From assembly GCA_022361115.1 (NCBI GenBank), contig JAKSBL010000019.1, forward strand, positions 1 to 47,034: 47,034 nucleotides of DNA, in the 5' to 3' direction. The DNA comes from Spirochaetota bacterium (lineage in GTDB: Bacteria > Spirochaetota > GWE2-31-10). This document shows, in pieces, positions 8,856-16,896 of this stretch; the first letter of the stretch is position 1, and every line of letters starts with the position of its first letter. A program made the position numbers and the translations under genes. Under the pieces are notes generated by a model, which was given only the letters and a program-made list of their open reading frames with translations, did no database searches and was not told where the DNA came from.

Positions 8856-10115
8856 ATGAATAATAGGAAATTTATGAACCCTTTTAAAGCTTATTCTGGA
8901 TTATGCCGGGATGTATATGTTCTTTTTTTTGCCCGAATTGTCAATCATATGGGAAATTTTGTTTATGTTTTTTTAACCTTGTTTCTTACCCAAAAAATGG
9001 GGTATTCTAAGGAAACTGCAGGCATTTATGTCATGCTTTGTTCTTTAATGCCATTAATAGGAACCATGGTTGGCGGGAAAATTGGTGATCATTTTGGCAG
9101 GAAAAACACCATGTTAACCTTTTTTCTCATCAGTGCCATATTAAAAGGAACCTGTGGGTTTTTAAGTATTTCCTTGTATATACCTGTATTGGTTGTCATC
9201 TCCAGTTTTTTTATGGGCGGCATAGGCCCTTTAAACCGTGCTATTGTTATGGATCTGACCAGCGGTGAGAGTCGCAAAAAAGCGATCTCCCTGATGTATT
9301 TAGGATTAAATTTTGGTGCAGCCATTGGGCCGTTATTAGCTGGATTTTTATTTGAAAAATATACCAGCTGGATATTCTGGGGAGATTGTCTGACAAGTTT
9401 TGTCGCTATTTTAATGATTTTCTTTTATGTAAATGAGAGTTTACCAACTGAAGAGCAGATTAATGATGAAGAGAGTATACCTTATGCTGAACGGGCAGAA
9501 AAAGGAACTGTGATCGATGCCTTACTGAAAAGACCTGTCTTAATTATTTTTGGTTTATTAGGTTTACTGGTTAACTCGATTTATGCTCAGCACTCTTTTG
9601 CTATCCCTCTTCAATTAGATGAGATTTTTGTTGGTAAAGGTGCACAGGTATTCGGTTATATGATGTCCTTTAATGCCTTTATCGTCATCATCTTTACTAC
9701 TTTTCTTTTAGAATTAACTAAAAAAAATCAAGCCATTAATAATGTTGTTATGGGAGCAGTATTTTATGGTATTGGCTTTGGAATGCTCTGTTTTGTGAAT
9801 TCAATATTTTTGTTAATGATTTCTGTTTTTATCTGGACAATTGGTGAAATTCTATTTGCCACTAATTATTTCCTCTATACCTCCAATCATTCGCCTATTA
9901 CTCATCGAGGCAGGTTTAATGCTATATTTATGTCAACCTGGCGTGGTGGTTATGCCCTGGGACCTTTGTTGTCTGGTTTTTTTATCAGCAGGTATAATAT
10001 TCGTTTACTCTGGATAATTTGTTTGATCACAGCCGGAATATTAGCAGTAGCTTATTATTTTCTTGGATTATTAGAAAAAAAACAGATTAAAAAAGTATCT
10101 TTTGAAGAAAACTAA
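8856..10115 (+). CDS. MFS transporter
   Basis: 419 aa with about 12 hydrophobic segments. The 'GGKIGDHFGRKNTM' loop between TM2 and TM3 is the MFS signature (GxxxDRxGRR-like). Confidence 0.75.
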   Translation: MNNRKFMNPFKAYSGLCRDVYVLFFARIVNHMGNFVYVFLTLFLTQKMGYSKETAGIYVMLCSLMPLIGTMVGGKIGDHFGRKNTMLTFFLISAILKGTCGFLSISLYIPVLVVISSFFMGGIGPLNRAIVMDLTSGESRKKAISLMYLGLNFGAAIGPLLAGFLFEKYTSWIFWGDCLTSFVAILMIFFYVNESLPTEEQINDEESIPYAERAEKGTVIDALLKRPVLIIFGLLGLLVNSIYAQHSFAIPLQLDEIFVGKGAQVFGYMMSFNAFIVIIFTTFLLELTKKNQAINNVVMGAVFYGIGFGMLCFVNSIFLLMISVFIWTIGEILFATNYFLYTSNHSPITHRGRFNAIFMSTWRGGYALGPLLSGFFISRYNIRLLWIICLITAGILAVAYYFLGLLEKKQIKKVSFEEN

Positions 10116-10206
10116 TTTTGCATTTAGGTCATGCTGTAAATTTATGGATGATGAAGAAGATGCAGGAGCATGGACATGAAATATATAGGCATGAATTAAT
10201 CTATCC

Positions 10207-10307
10207 TGTTTTACAAGGGTATGATTCAGTCAAATGAGAATCAGACTGAACCATTGTTGGTACGGATCAATGGTTTAAAGTATCTGTTAACAGTCATTTG
10301 TAAAACA
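10207..10307 (+). ncRNA. Candidate structured RNA or 5' leader upstream of recQ (unclassified)
   Basis: Nested complementary segments. tgttttacaa (10207-10216) pairs with ttgtaaaaca (10298-10307). tgattc (10222-10227) pairs with gaatca (10238-10243). gactg (10244-10248) pairs with cagtc (10291-10295). aaccattg (10249-10256) pairs with caatggtt (10268-10275). I recognise no riboswitch consensus. Confidence 0.25.
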
Positions 10308-10397
10308 TATGTAAAACTTACTGGTCCGTGTCATAAAAACACCCCTTTTTTTCTTTATTAATATTAGAAAGAATTAAGAAATCCGCAAAGGTTTATT

Positions 10398-12617
10398 ATG
10401 AATACTACAGGTTCATTTACTATATCAGAGAGCAAACAATTATTGAAAAACATCTTTGGGTTTGAAGATTTTCGTTATTTGCAGGAAAAAGTCATTGCTA
10501 ATGTTTTAAAAAAAGAAGACACTTTGACTGTGATGCCTACTGGAAGCGGTAAGTCTCTTTGTTATCAAATTCCAGCTTTACAATTTTCTGGTTTAACAAT
10601 TGTTGTGTCTCCATTAATTGCTTTGATGAAAGATCAGGTAGAGCAGTTAGTACATGTAGGGATTCATGCCGCTTTTTTAAATAGTTCTCTCACTTTAGAT
10701 CAATATGAAATGGTGGTCCAACAGATAGTAACTAATGAATTGAAAATTCTCTTTGTGGCACCTGAGACTTTATTAAAACCTCGTGTCTTAAATTTACTAA
10801 GACAAAAAGATGTATCATTAATAGCTATTGATGAGGCTCACTGTATTTCTGCCTGGGGGCATGATTTTCGGCCAGAATATCGGCAGCTGATTGAAGTCAG
10901 GAAAGAAATACCTCAGGCAACTTGTTTGGCTTTAACAGCAACAGCAACACCTAGAGTGCGGGATGACATACAAAAATGTTTAGGCTTTACTAAAGAAAAT
11001 GTTTTTATCTCAAGTTTTGATCGACCGAATCTGCATCTGCAGGTGATAGCAAAGAAAAATCCAATCCCGCAAGTTGCGCTTTTTTTAGAACAACATGAAG
11101 ATCAGTCAGGAATTATTTACTGTTTGACGAGAAAGAGTGTAGATCAGTTAGCCAGTGTTTTACAAGAATCAGGTCATAGTGTATTACCATATCATGCTGG
11201 TATGACAGATAAAGAACGGATAGACAATCAGGAAGCTTTTATCAAAGATGATGTTAAGATTATGGTGGCTACTATTGCCTTTGGCATGGGAATAAATAAA
11301 CCTGATGTTCGTTTCGTTATTCATTATGATCTTCCCAAAAACCTGGAAGGGTATTATCAGGAGATTGGCCGTGCAGGCAGGGATGGTTTGCCTGCATCTT
11401 GCTTGCTCCTCTTTAGTTATCAGGATGTGATCAAAATAAAATATTTTATAGATCAGAAATCAGCAGAGGAACAATTAGTAGCACGTCACCAACTTGATGA
11501 GATGATCTCTTATGCTGAGAACCATATTTGCCGTAGAATTCCATTACTCCATTATTTTGGTGAGAAATATGAAAAAGAGCAGTGTGACCTTTGTGATAAT
11601 TGTCAGACTGATGACCGGGAAAAAACTGAAGTAACAGTTGGAACCCAAAAACTGCTCTCTTGTATCTATCGTACCGGACAAATATATGGTGCTGCTTATA
11701 TTAGTGATGTCTTACGAGGTTCCCAATCTCAAAAAGTTTTATCCAATAATCATGATCAGCTAACTACTTATGGAATAGGCAAAGAATATAGCCGACAGCA
11801 ATGGATGAATTTAACTCGTCAATTGGTACAGCAGAATTTTATCGAAAAGGATAAGCAATTTGGCAGTTTGCGATTAACCAGTAAAGCTTTGAGTTTTTTT
11901 AAACAATCCTACCCGATTTTTGCCTTTATGGAAGATGAAAAGATCCAAAAAGAAGATATTCCATTAGAAGCAGAGACACTTAATGGTGATGTAAAATTAT
12001 TAAAATTATTAAAAAACTTAAGAAAAGAAATAGCCGATTCTGAAGCTGTTCCTCCATATGTTATTTTCCATGACAAAACTCTTATCGATATGGCAACCTA
12101 TTATCCCTTAGATAAAAAAGCTATGTTAAGTATCCATGGAATCGGCCAGGCCAAATGGGAAAAATATGGACAACAGTTTATTGATTTCATTCAGGATTAC
12201 TGTAATACTGAGCAAATTGATCTTTTGAAAGTTCCTAAAAAACAACACAATCAGATTATCCAGATAACAAAAGAAGAGAAAGAAAAAACTAGAAAATTTA
12301 TGCAGGTCAGCCAGGCTTTTGTTAACAATCCAGATATTCATCAATTGCTTCAAAATTATCACATTAAATTAAAAACTGTGTTAAAGCATTTTTATACTTA
12401 TCTGCTTGAAGGATATTCTCTGCCGGCAGAACCTGTTTTAAAAGTATCGCAATTATCAGAACAGCAGATCGAGCAAATTATTAAACAATTTCAGCTACAG
12501 GGAACGAAATTTTTAAGACCTGTTTATGATTTTTTTAAAGGAACAATAAGTTTTGATGAGCTGGACATAAACCGTATTTATGTCATGGCTAAGGATAACA
12601 AAAATATATCTGAATAA
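10398..12617 (+). CDS. recQ: ATP-dependent DNA helicase RecQ (helicase core, RQC, HRDC and a C-terminal HTH-like extension)
   Basis: 'FGFEDFRYLQ', 'MPTGSGKSLCYQ', 'DEAHCISAWGHDFRPEY', 'ATIAFGMGINKPDVRFVIH' and 'QEIGRAGRDG'. Zn-binding Cys cluster 'CRR...CDLCDNC'. HRDC at about residues 533-602, then about 135 further residues. Confidence 0.92.
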   Translation: MNTTGSFTISESKQLLKNIFGFEDFRYLQEKVIANVLKKEDTLTVMPTGSGKSLCYQIPALQFSGLTIVVSPLIALMKDQVEQLVHVGIHAAFLNSSLTLDQYEMVVQQIVTNELKILFVAPETLLKPRVLNLLRQKDVSLIAIDEAHCISAWGHDFRPEYRQLIEVRKEIPQATCLALTATATPRVRDDIQKCLGFTKENVFISSFDRPNLHLQVIAKKNPIPQVALFLEQHEDQSGIIYCLTRKSVDQLASVLQESGHSVLPYHAGMTDKERIDNQEAFIKDDVKIMVATIAFGMGINKPDVRFVIHYDLPKNLEGYYQEIGRAGRDGLPASCLLLFSYQDVIKIKYFIDQKSAEEQLVARHQLDEMISYAENHICRRIPLLHYFGEKYEKEQCDLCDNCQTDDREKTEVTVGTQKLLSCIYRTGQIYGAAYISDVLRGSQSQKVLSNNHDQLTTYGIGKEYSRQQWMNLTRQLVQQNFIEKDKQFGSLRLTSKALSFFKQSYPIFAFMEDEKIQKEDIPLEAETLNGDVKLLKLLKNLRKEIADSEAVPPYVIFHDKTLIDMATYYPLDKKAMLSIHGIGQAKWEKYGQQFIDFIQDYCNTEQIDLLKVPKKQHNQIIQITKEEKEKTRKFMQVSQAFVNNPDIHQLLQNYHIKLKTVLKHFYTYLLEGYSLPAEPVLKVSQLSEQQIEQIIKQFQLQGTKFLRPVYDFFKGTISFDELDINRIYVMAKDNKNISE

Positions 12618-12890
12618 TAAGCAGGCTGCCTGTAATAGCATATTGGTTATAATGATATTTCCTGTCACTTCGATCAGAGATAAAATATATCTTTGTTTTT
12701 GGTGATTTTTGGATAAAAATCACACAGCAAAATTCACACCACTTTATCTTAATAAATTACATTTTCAAAATTCTGGAATCATTAAACACTTTTTTACTTT
12801 CCCTTTATTTTATCATGTTGAGGTAAATAATGTACCAGAAAGTTAGCAGATATTATGTTAGGTTTAATATAGAAACATGAGGAGTTGACT

Positions 12891-13160
12891 ATGTCAAAAC
12901 AATTAGATGAATTTCTTAAAAACTCAAAAGTTGCTGAAAAAATAAAGACTACCCCACAAGTGGTTTTGCAAACCTTGGAAACTTCCTCTGCAATGTTGGA
13001 AAAATATCGCCAGGAAGGAAAAATTATTTTACCCAATCATAGTAATAAATACCATTTAATGATTGATAATCAGCTGATCGCAGAAGGAGTGATGATTCAA
13101 AAACAAGGGCAGTCATATTTTAAAATTACCAAAATGTTAGAGCAAAAGGAGAGAGTATGA
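12891..13160 (+). CDS. Divergent SpoA (FliN/SctQ C-terminal type) domain protein
   Basis: 89 aa from the ATG at 12891 (GAGGAG 6 nt upstream); the ORF-track start at 12885 is a TTG. The C-terminal half 'KIILPNHSNKYHLMIDNQLIAEGVMIQKQGQSYFKITKMLEQKER' lines up by eye with FliN '[48 protein letters not shown]'. The stop overlaps the next start (ATGA). Confidence 0.5.
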   Translation: MSKQLDEFLKNSKVAEKIKTTPQVVLQTLETSSAMLEKYRQEGKIILPNHSNKYHLMIDNQLIAEGVMIQKQGQSYFKITKMLEQKERV

Positions 13161-13402
13161 AACTGGAAAGCATTGCAAAAATTGGTATTCCTGTAGAAGT
13201 TGTTTTAGGAGACTCCTGTTTATCAGTGGATCAAATAGCAAAAATCGGAGAAGGTTCCATTATTCGACTGGATAGTATTGCCGGAGAACCAGTAGAATTT
13301 CGAGCAGCAGGAGAAAAGATTGCTTTAGGTGAAGTGATTATTATTGAAGATAATTTTGGTATTCGTATCACTAGAATCTTAACAGGAGAAGAGGATGAAT
13401 AA
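13157..13402 (+). CDS. fliN: FliN-family (SpoA domain only) protein
   Basis: 81 aa. 'IPVEVVLGDSCLSVDQIAKIGEGSIIRLDSIAGEPVEFRAAGEKIALGEVIIIEDNFGIRITRIL' is a canonical FliN/SpoA domain. GGAGAG RBS. It overlaps both neighbouring genes. Confidence 0.85.
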   Translation: MKLESIAKIGIPVEVVLGDSCLSVDQIAKIGEGSIIRLDSIAGEPVEFRAAGEKIALGEVIIIEDNFGIRITRILTGEEDE

Positions 13403-15188
13403 CAAGTATGTTAAGGAAAATTTTATTAATATCAATTGTCATGATGATCAAATTCCCAGAATTAAAATTTACAATTTTAGACGGCCTGATAAGTTTTCTC
13501 GTGATCAAATTCGGACAATTAGTATTATTTATGAAACCTTTGCACATCAGGCAAGTTTTACACTTTCATCCAGCCTTAGAACAGAAGTAATTTTACATGT
13601 TAAATCAGTAGATCAATGTACCTATGAAGAATTTGTTTTATCCAGTTCCAATCCGAGTGTATTTGGAGTATTTCAATCTTCACCTCTCTATGGTAAATTT
13701 ATTATTGCATTAGAAAATGAAATTTTGTTTGCTATGTTAGATCGTGCTTTTGGTGGATCCGGAGAGTTAAGAAAGCTCAAAATCAATCGTGAAATAACCC
13801 GGTTTGAGGCAGCTTTTATAGAAAAAATCTTGGTCGATAGATTGTTTAAGGATCTGGAGAATGGCTGGTCAAGAATTATAAAAGTTCGGAATCAGCTGGA
13901 GCGATTAGAGGTAAATCCCCAATTTGTTCAAATAATTCCTCCATCCGATATGGTTGTTGTGGTGATGTTAAAAATAAATATTGGTGATCAAGAAAGGCGA
14001 ATTTTTTTTTGTTTACCCTATATTACTTTAGAACCAATAGTCCATCGCTTAAGTGGGCAAAATTGGTATGCAATGCAGAAGAAAAGAGCTCCTAGTGAAT
14101 CCTTTCTAACCAAATTAGCTGATTTAAAATCTGATTCAGTGATTTATACTCCAGTTGAAAAATTGTCATTAAGTAAATTATCAAATTTAAAAAAAGGAGA
14201 TTGTCTTCGTCTTTCCGAATTTCATGAACATACTGCTTACTTAAGGGTTCAGAATAAAAATATTTTTCAATTAAAAAAAGTAAAAGAACAAAAAAAAGAT
14301 TTCAATGAATTTACTATTTTGAATAAAGGAGATAGTTTTCCAAATTCTACAATAATCCCTCTAAAGAAAAATGATAGGGATAATGAAATTTATCTTCCTG
14401 AATGGGTAAGTCAAATTCAAAAAATGATAGCTTCTTTTAATGATCAACTTCTGGACATCCAAAACAAACAGGATGAATTGACCGATCAAATCTCTTTTAG
14501 TCATTCTCAAGGTAGAAAAGAGGAACTAGAAGAAAAACCATTTCATTTTATACATCAATTAGATCCTGTTCAGTTTTTTACAATGATTCAATATGAGCAT
14601 CCACAACTGTTAGCTTTTTTATTTTCCTATTTAGAAGCCGCTTATGCTGCACAAGTCATTGATATGTATTCTGAAGAAATGCAAGCTGAAATATTACACA
14701 GGATTAAAAATCTACAGTCAGTTACTCCACAATTAATAAAAGATTCAGAATCATTGCTAAAAACCAAGATGAGTATTATTGAAAATGAACGATTTTGCTC
14801 TTCAGGTGGAATGGAACAAGTAGAAGAGATTATCCAGTTTTTTGATAAAGAAAGTGAAAAGCGTTTAGTTTCTCGTTTAGATGATACCGAAGCTGATATT
14901 CAAGTAGGTAGTTCAAAAAAAATATCTCGGATGAATTTATCTCAATTGAATTCACAACAAATGAAATTAATTCTAGAAAAGTTAGATGATAAAGATCGTT
15001 TAATACTTTTACATTATTTTAATGGATTAAATGTGACAGATTACTTAAACAGCCTGGATGATGAGGCAAGAACCCATTTACAAAATAATATTTACCAAAT
15101 ATCTAATGCTAAACCTATTGAAATTAGTGATTCTGTGACCAGAGTTTATCAAATTATTGAGGAGTTAAAGGAAGAAGGGATATTTTAA
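13395..15188 (+). CDS. fliM: FliM (N/middle plus SpoA C-domain) fused to FliG middle and C-terminal domains, in one 597-aa polypeptide
   Basis: Residues ~24-215 read as FliM ('YNFRRPDKFSRDQIRTISIIYETFA', 'LDRAFGGSGE' GGxG motif, 'CLPYITLEPI'). Residues ~235-310 read as the FliM SpoA domain ('LSKLSNLKKGDCLRL...AYLRVQNKNIF'). Residues ~385-597 read as FliG_M/FliG_C ('YEHPQLLAFLFSYLEAAYAAQV...EMQAEILHRI', 'SSGGMEQVEEII', 'LILEKLDDKDRLILL', 'IIEELKEEGIF'). The frame is continuous with no internal stop. Confidence 0.75.
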   Translation: MNNKYVKENFININCHDDQIPRIKIYNFRRPDKFSRDQIRTISIIYETFAHQASFTLSSSLRTEVILHVKSVDQCTYEEFVLSSSNPSVFGVFQSSPLYGKFIIALENEILFAMLDRAFGGSGELRKLKINREITRFEAAFIEKILVDRLFKDLENGWSRIIKVRNQLERLEVNPQFVQIIPPSDMVVVVMLKINIGDQERRIFFCLPYITLEPIVHRLSGQNWYAMQKKRAPSESFLTKLADLKSDSVIYTPVEKLSLSKLSNLKKGDCLRLSEFHEHTAYLRVQNKNIFQLKKVKEQKKDFNEFTILNKGDSFPNSTIIPLKKNDRDNEIYLPEWVSQIQKMIASFNDQLLDIQNKQDELTDQISFSHSQGRKEELEEKPFHFIHQLDPVQFFTMIQYEHPQLLAFLFSYLEAAYAAQVIDMYSEEMQAEILHRIKNLQSVTPQLIKDSESLLKTKMSIIENERFCSSGGMEQVEEIIQFFDKESEKRLVSRLDDTEADIQVGSSKKISRMNLSQLNSQQMKLILEKLDDKDRLILLHYFNGLNVTDYLNSLDDEARTHLQNNIYQISNAKPIEISDSVTRVYQIIEELKEEGIF

Positions 15189-15267
15189 CCTTTATAATTT
15201 TTCATTTATTCCCATTGATTTTTTGATATGATAGAGAAGTGTTGATAAAAAATGAGTAGAAAGTAAA

Positions 15268-16062
15268 ATGAGTAATAGATTGCATTCTCTTTTTCCATTT
15301 GCAGTAAATAGCTTCTTAAGTAAATATACACTAAAAGAACTAGATAAACGATATTATCATATTATCTATTACCAGGATGCAAAGGTTACTATAAATGGAC
15401 AGCAGTATAATGGATCGTTTATTTTTGGTGAAGCTAAGGATAACCAGTTAACAGCCAAAATCCAACAATTAAAAATAGCAAAAATTATCAACTTTGATCC
15501 AATTTTGTTTTCCAGTTATTCTTTAAATGAATTTGAAAAAAGTATTATAGATGACTTTTTTGGGGATTTTTCTATTATTCCATTGGTAAACAAAGACTCT
15601 CATCACATCAAATTAATAATCAATGTGTTGGAAGAGGAATTTAAAAAAAAAGCTAAAGGGTATCATACGATTATCCGGTCTCGATTGTTAGAGTTATTCG
15701 TTTATATATTTCGAGCTAAAGAAAATAATCAAAAACAGAATAATGCTGAACCTCCTATATTAAAACTTACAAATTATATTAAGAACCATTTTGAAAAAGA
15801 TATTCAGTTATTAGAGTTGGCAGATTTACTAGGATGGAATCCCAGTTATCTGTCCAGAGTATTTAAGGAAAAAAATGGTGTGAATATTTTTTATTATATT
15901 AGTCAATTAAGGATTAGGGAGGCCTGTCGGTTGCTAAAAACTACAAATTTTTCGATTATTGAGATTTCTGAACAGGTCGGATTTAATAACCTTACTTCTT
16001 TTAATCGAACTTTTAAGAAGATAACAAATCGCTCTCCAAGAGATTATCGAGGTAATAAATAA
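15268..16062 (+). CDS. AraC/XylS family transcriptional regulator
   Basis: The C-terminal 100 aa carry the double HTH ('LADLLGWNPSYLSRVFKEK...', 'ISEQVGFNNLTSFNRTFKKITNRSPRDYR'). Confidence 0.85.
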   Translation: MSNRLHSLFPFAVNSFLSKYTLKELDKRYYHIIYYQDAKVTINGQQYNGSFIFGEAKDNQLTAKIQQLKIAKIINFDPILFSSYSLNEFEKSIIDDFFGDFSIIPLVNKDSHHIKLIINVLEEEFKKKAKGYHTIIRSRLLELFVYIFRAKENNQKQNNAEPPILKLTNYIKNHFEKDIQLLELADLLGWNPSYLSRVFKEKNGVNIFYYISQLRIREACRLLKTTNFSIIEISEQVGFNNLTSFNRTFKKITNRSPRDYRGNK

Positions 16063-16073
16063 GATTTTTATAT

Positions 16074-16892
16074 TTATTTTTTATCACCTTTAAGAAATGG
16101 AGTTTCCAACATTTTTATAAAGTTTTGCCAGGAATCAGTCAGATATTTTTTTACTCCCAATTTTATAATTTGAGGCTGATCAGATTGAACAAGTGTTCCT
16201 AGCATCCGATCCCAGATAGAAAGGGTAGTTGAGTAATTAGAGTCACTTTCTGCAACAATAACTGAATGATGGACTCGGTGCATATTAGGTGTGACAATGA
16301 TCCATCTTAAAATTCGATCCAACTTTTCCGGTAATCCCCAATTGGAATGGTGAAAGAGAGTAGATATATTCAAAACGATTTCATAAATCAACAACATTTC
16401 TCTATCTAGGCCAATAATCAAATAAATCGGAATTCTTGCCAAAGTTGAAAGAGTGATTTCAATTGGATGAAAGCGCACTGCAGAGGTTGAATTCATATAA
16501 ATATCCGTATGATGAACCAGATGAAAAATCCAGAGCAGTCGAAAGCGGTGATTAAGCCGGTGCCAGGTATACATCCAGAAATCAAATAACAGATAACCAA
16601 TCATAAATCTCACAGCCCATGGTTGATTGGCAATAAAAGGAAAGTTGATGATTCCAATATTTTTTTCTTTCATAAATTGAAATAGCCAGATTAACAGAGC
16701 TCCAAATATTAAGGTAATTAATATCGTGTTAACTGCGGCTAAAAAAAGGTTCGTTGCCGAATGAATCACCATTTTCTGGAATTTCCTGGATTTAAAATGG
16801 GGGAAGAAGGTCTCCAGCAGGAAGAAGATAAATAAACAACTGATTAAAATGATAACCTTAATATGATCAGAAGTATAATTAGCTATGGTCAT
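16074..16892 (-). CDS. Fatty acid hydroxylase / sterol desaturase superfamily membrane protein
   Basis: 272 aa with several TM segments and three His boxes ('HRLNHR', 'HLVHH', 'HRVHH'). Confidence 0.75.
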   Translation of the reverse strand: MTIANYTSDHIKVIILISCLFIFFLLETFFPHFKSRKFQKMVIHSATNLFLAAVNTILITLIFGALLIWLFQFMKEKNIGIINFPFIANQPWAVRFMIGYLLFDFWMYTWHRLNHRFRLLWIFHLVHHTDIYMNSTSAVRFHPIEITLSTLARIPIYLIIGLDREMLLIYEIVLNISTLFHHSNWGLPEKLDRILRWIIVTPNMHRVHHSVIVAESDSNYSTTLSIWDRMLGTLVQSDQPQIIKLGVKKYLTDSWQNFIKMLETPFLKGDKK

Positions 16893-16896
16893 AGAT

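Noticed and set aside
12618-12890. A sigma-28 or sigma-54 flagellar-type promoter upstream of the switch-complex-like operon.
   Set aside because: I found no TAAA-N15-GCCGATAA-like or TGGCAC-N5-TTGC-like match. There are only generic AT-rich -10-like hexamers and a 9-bp hairpin (gtgattttt/aaaaatcac, ~12703-12724) with no T-run.
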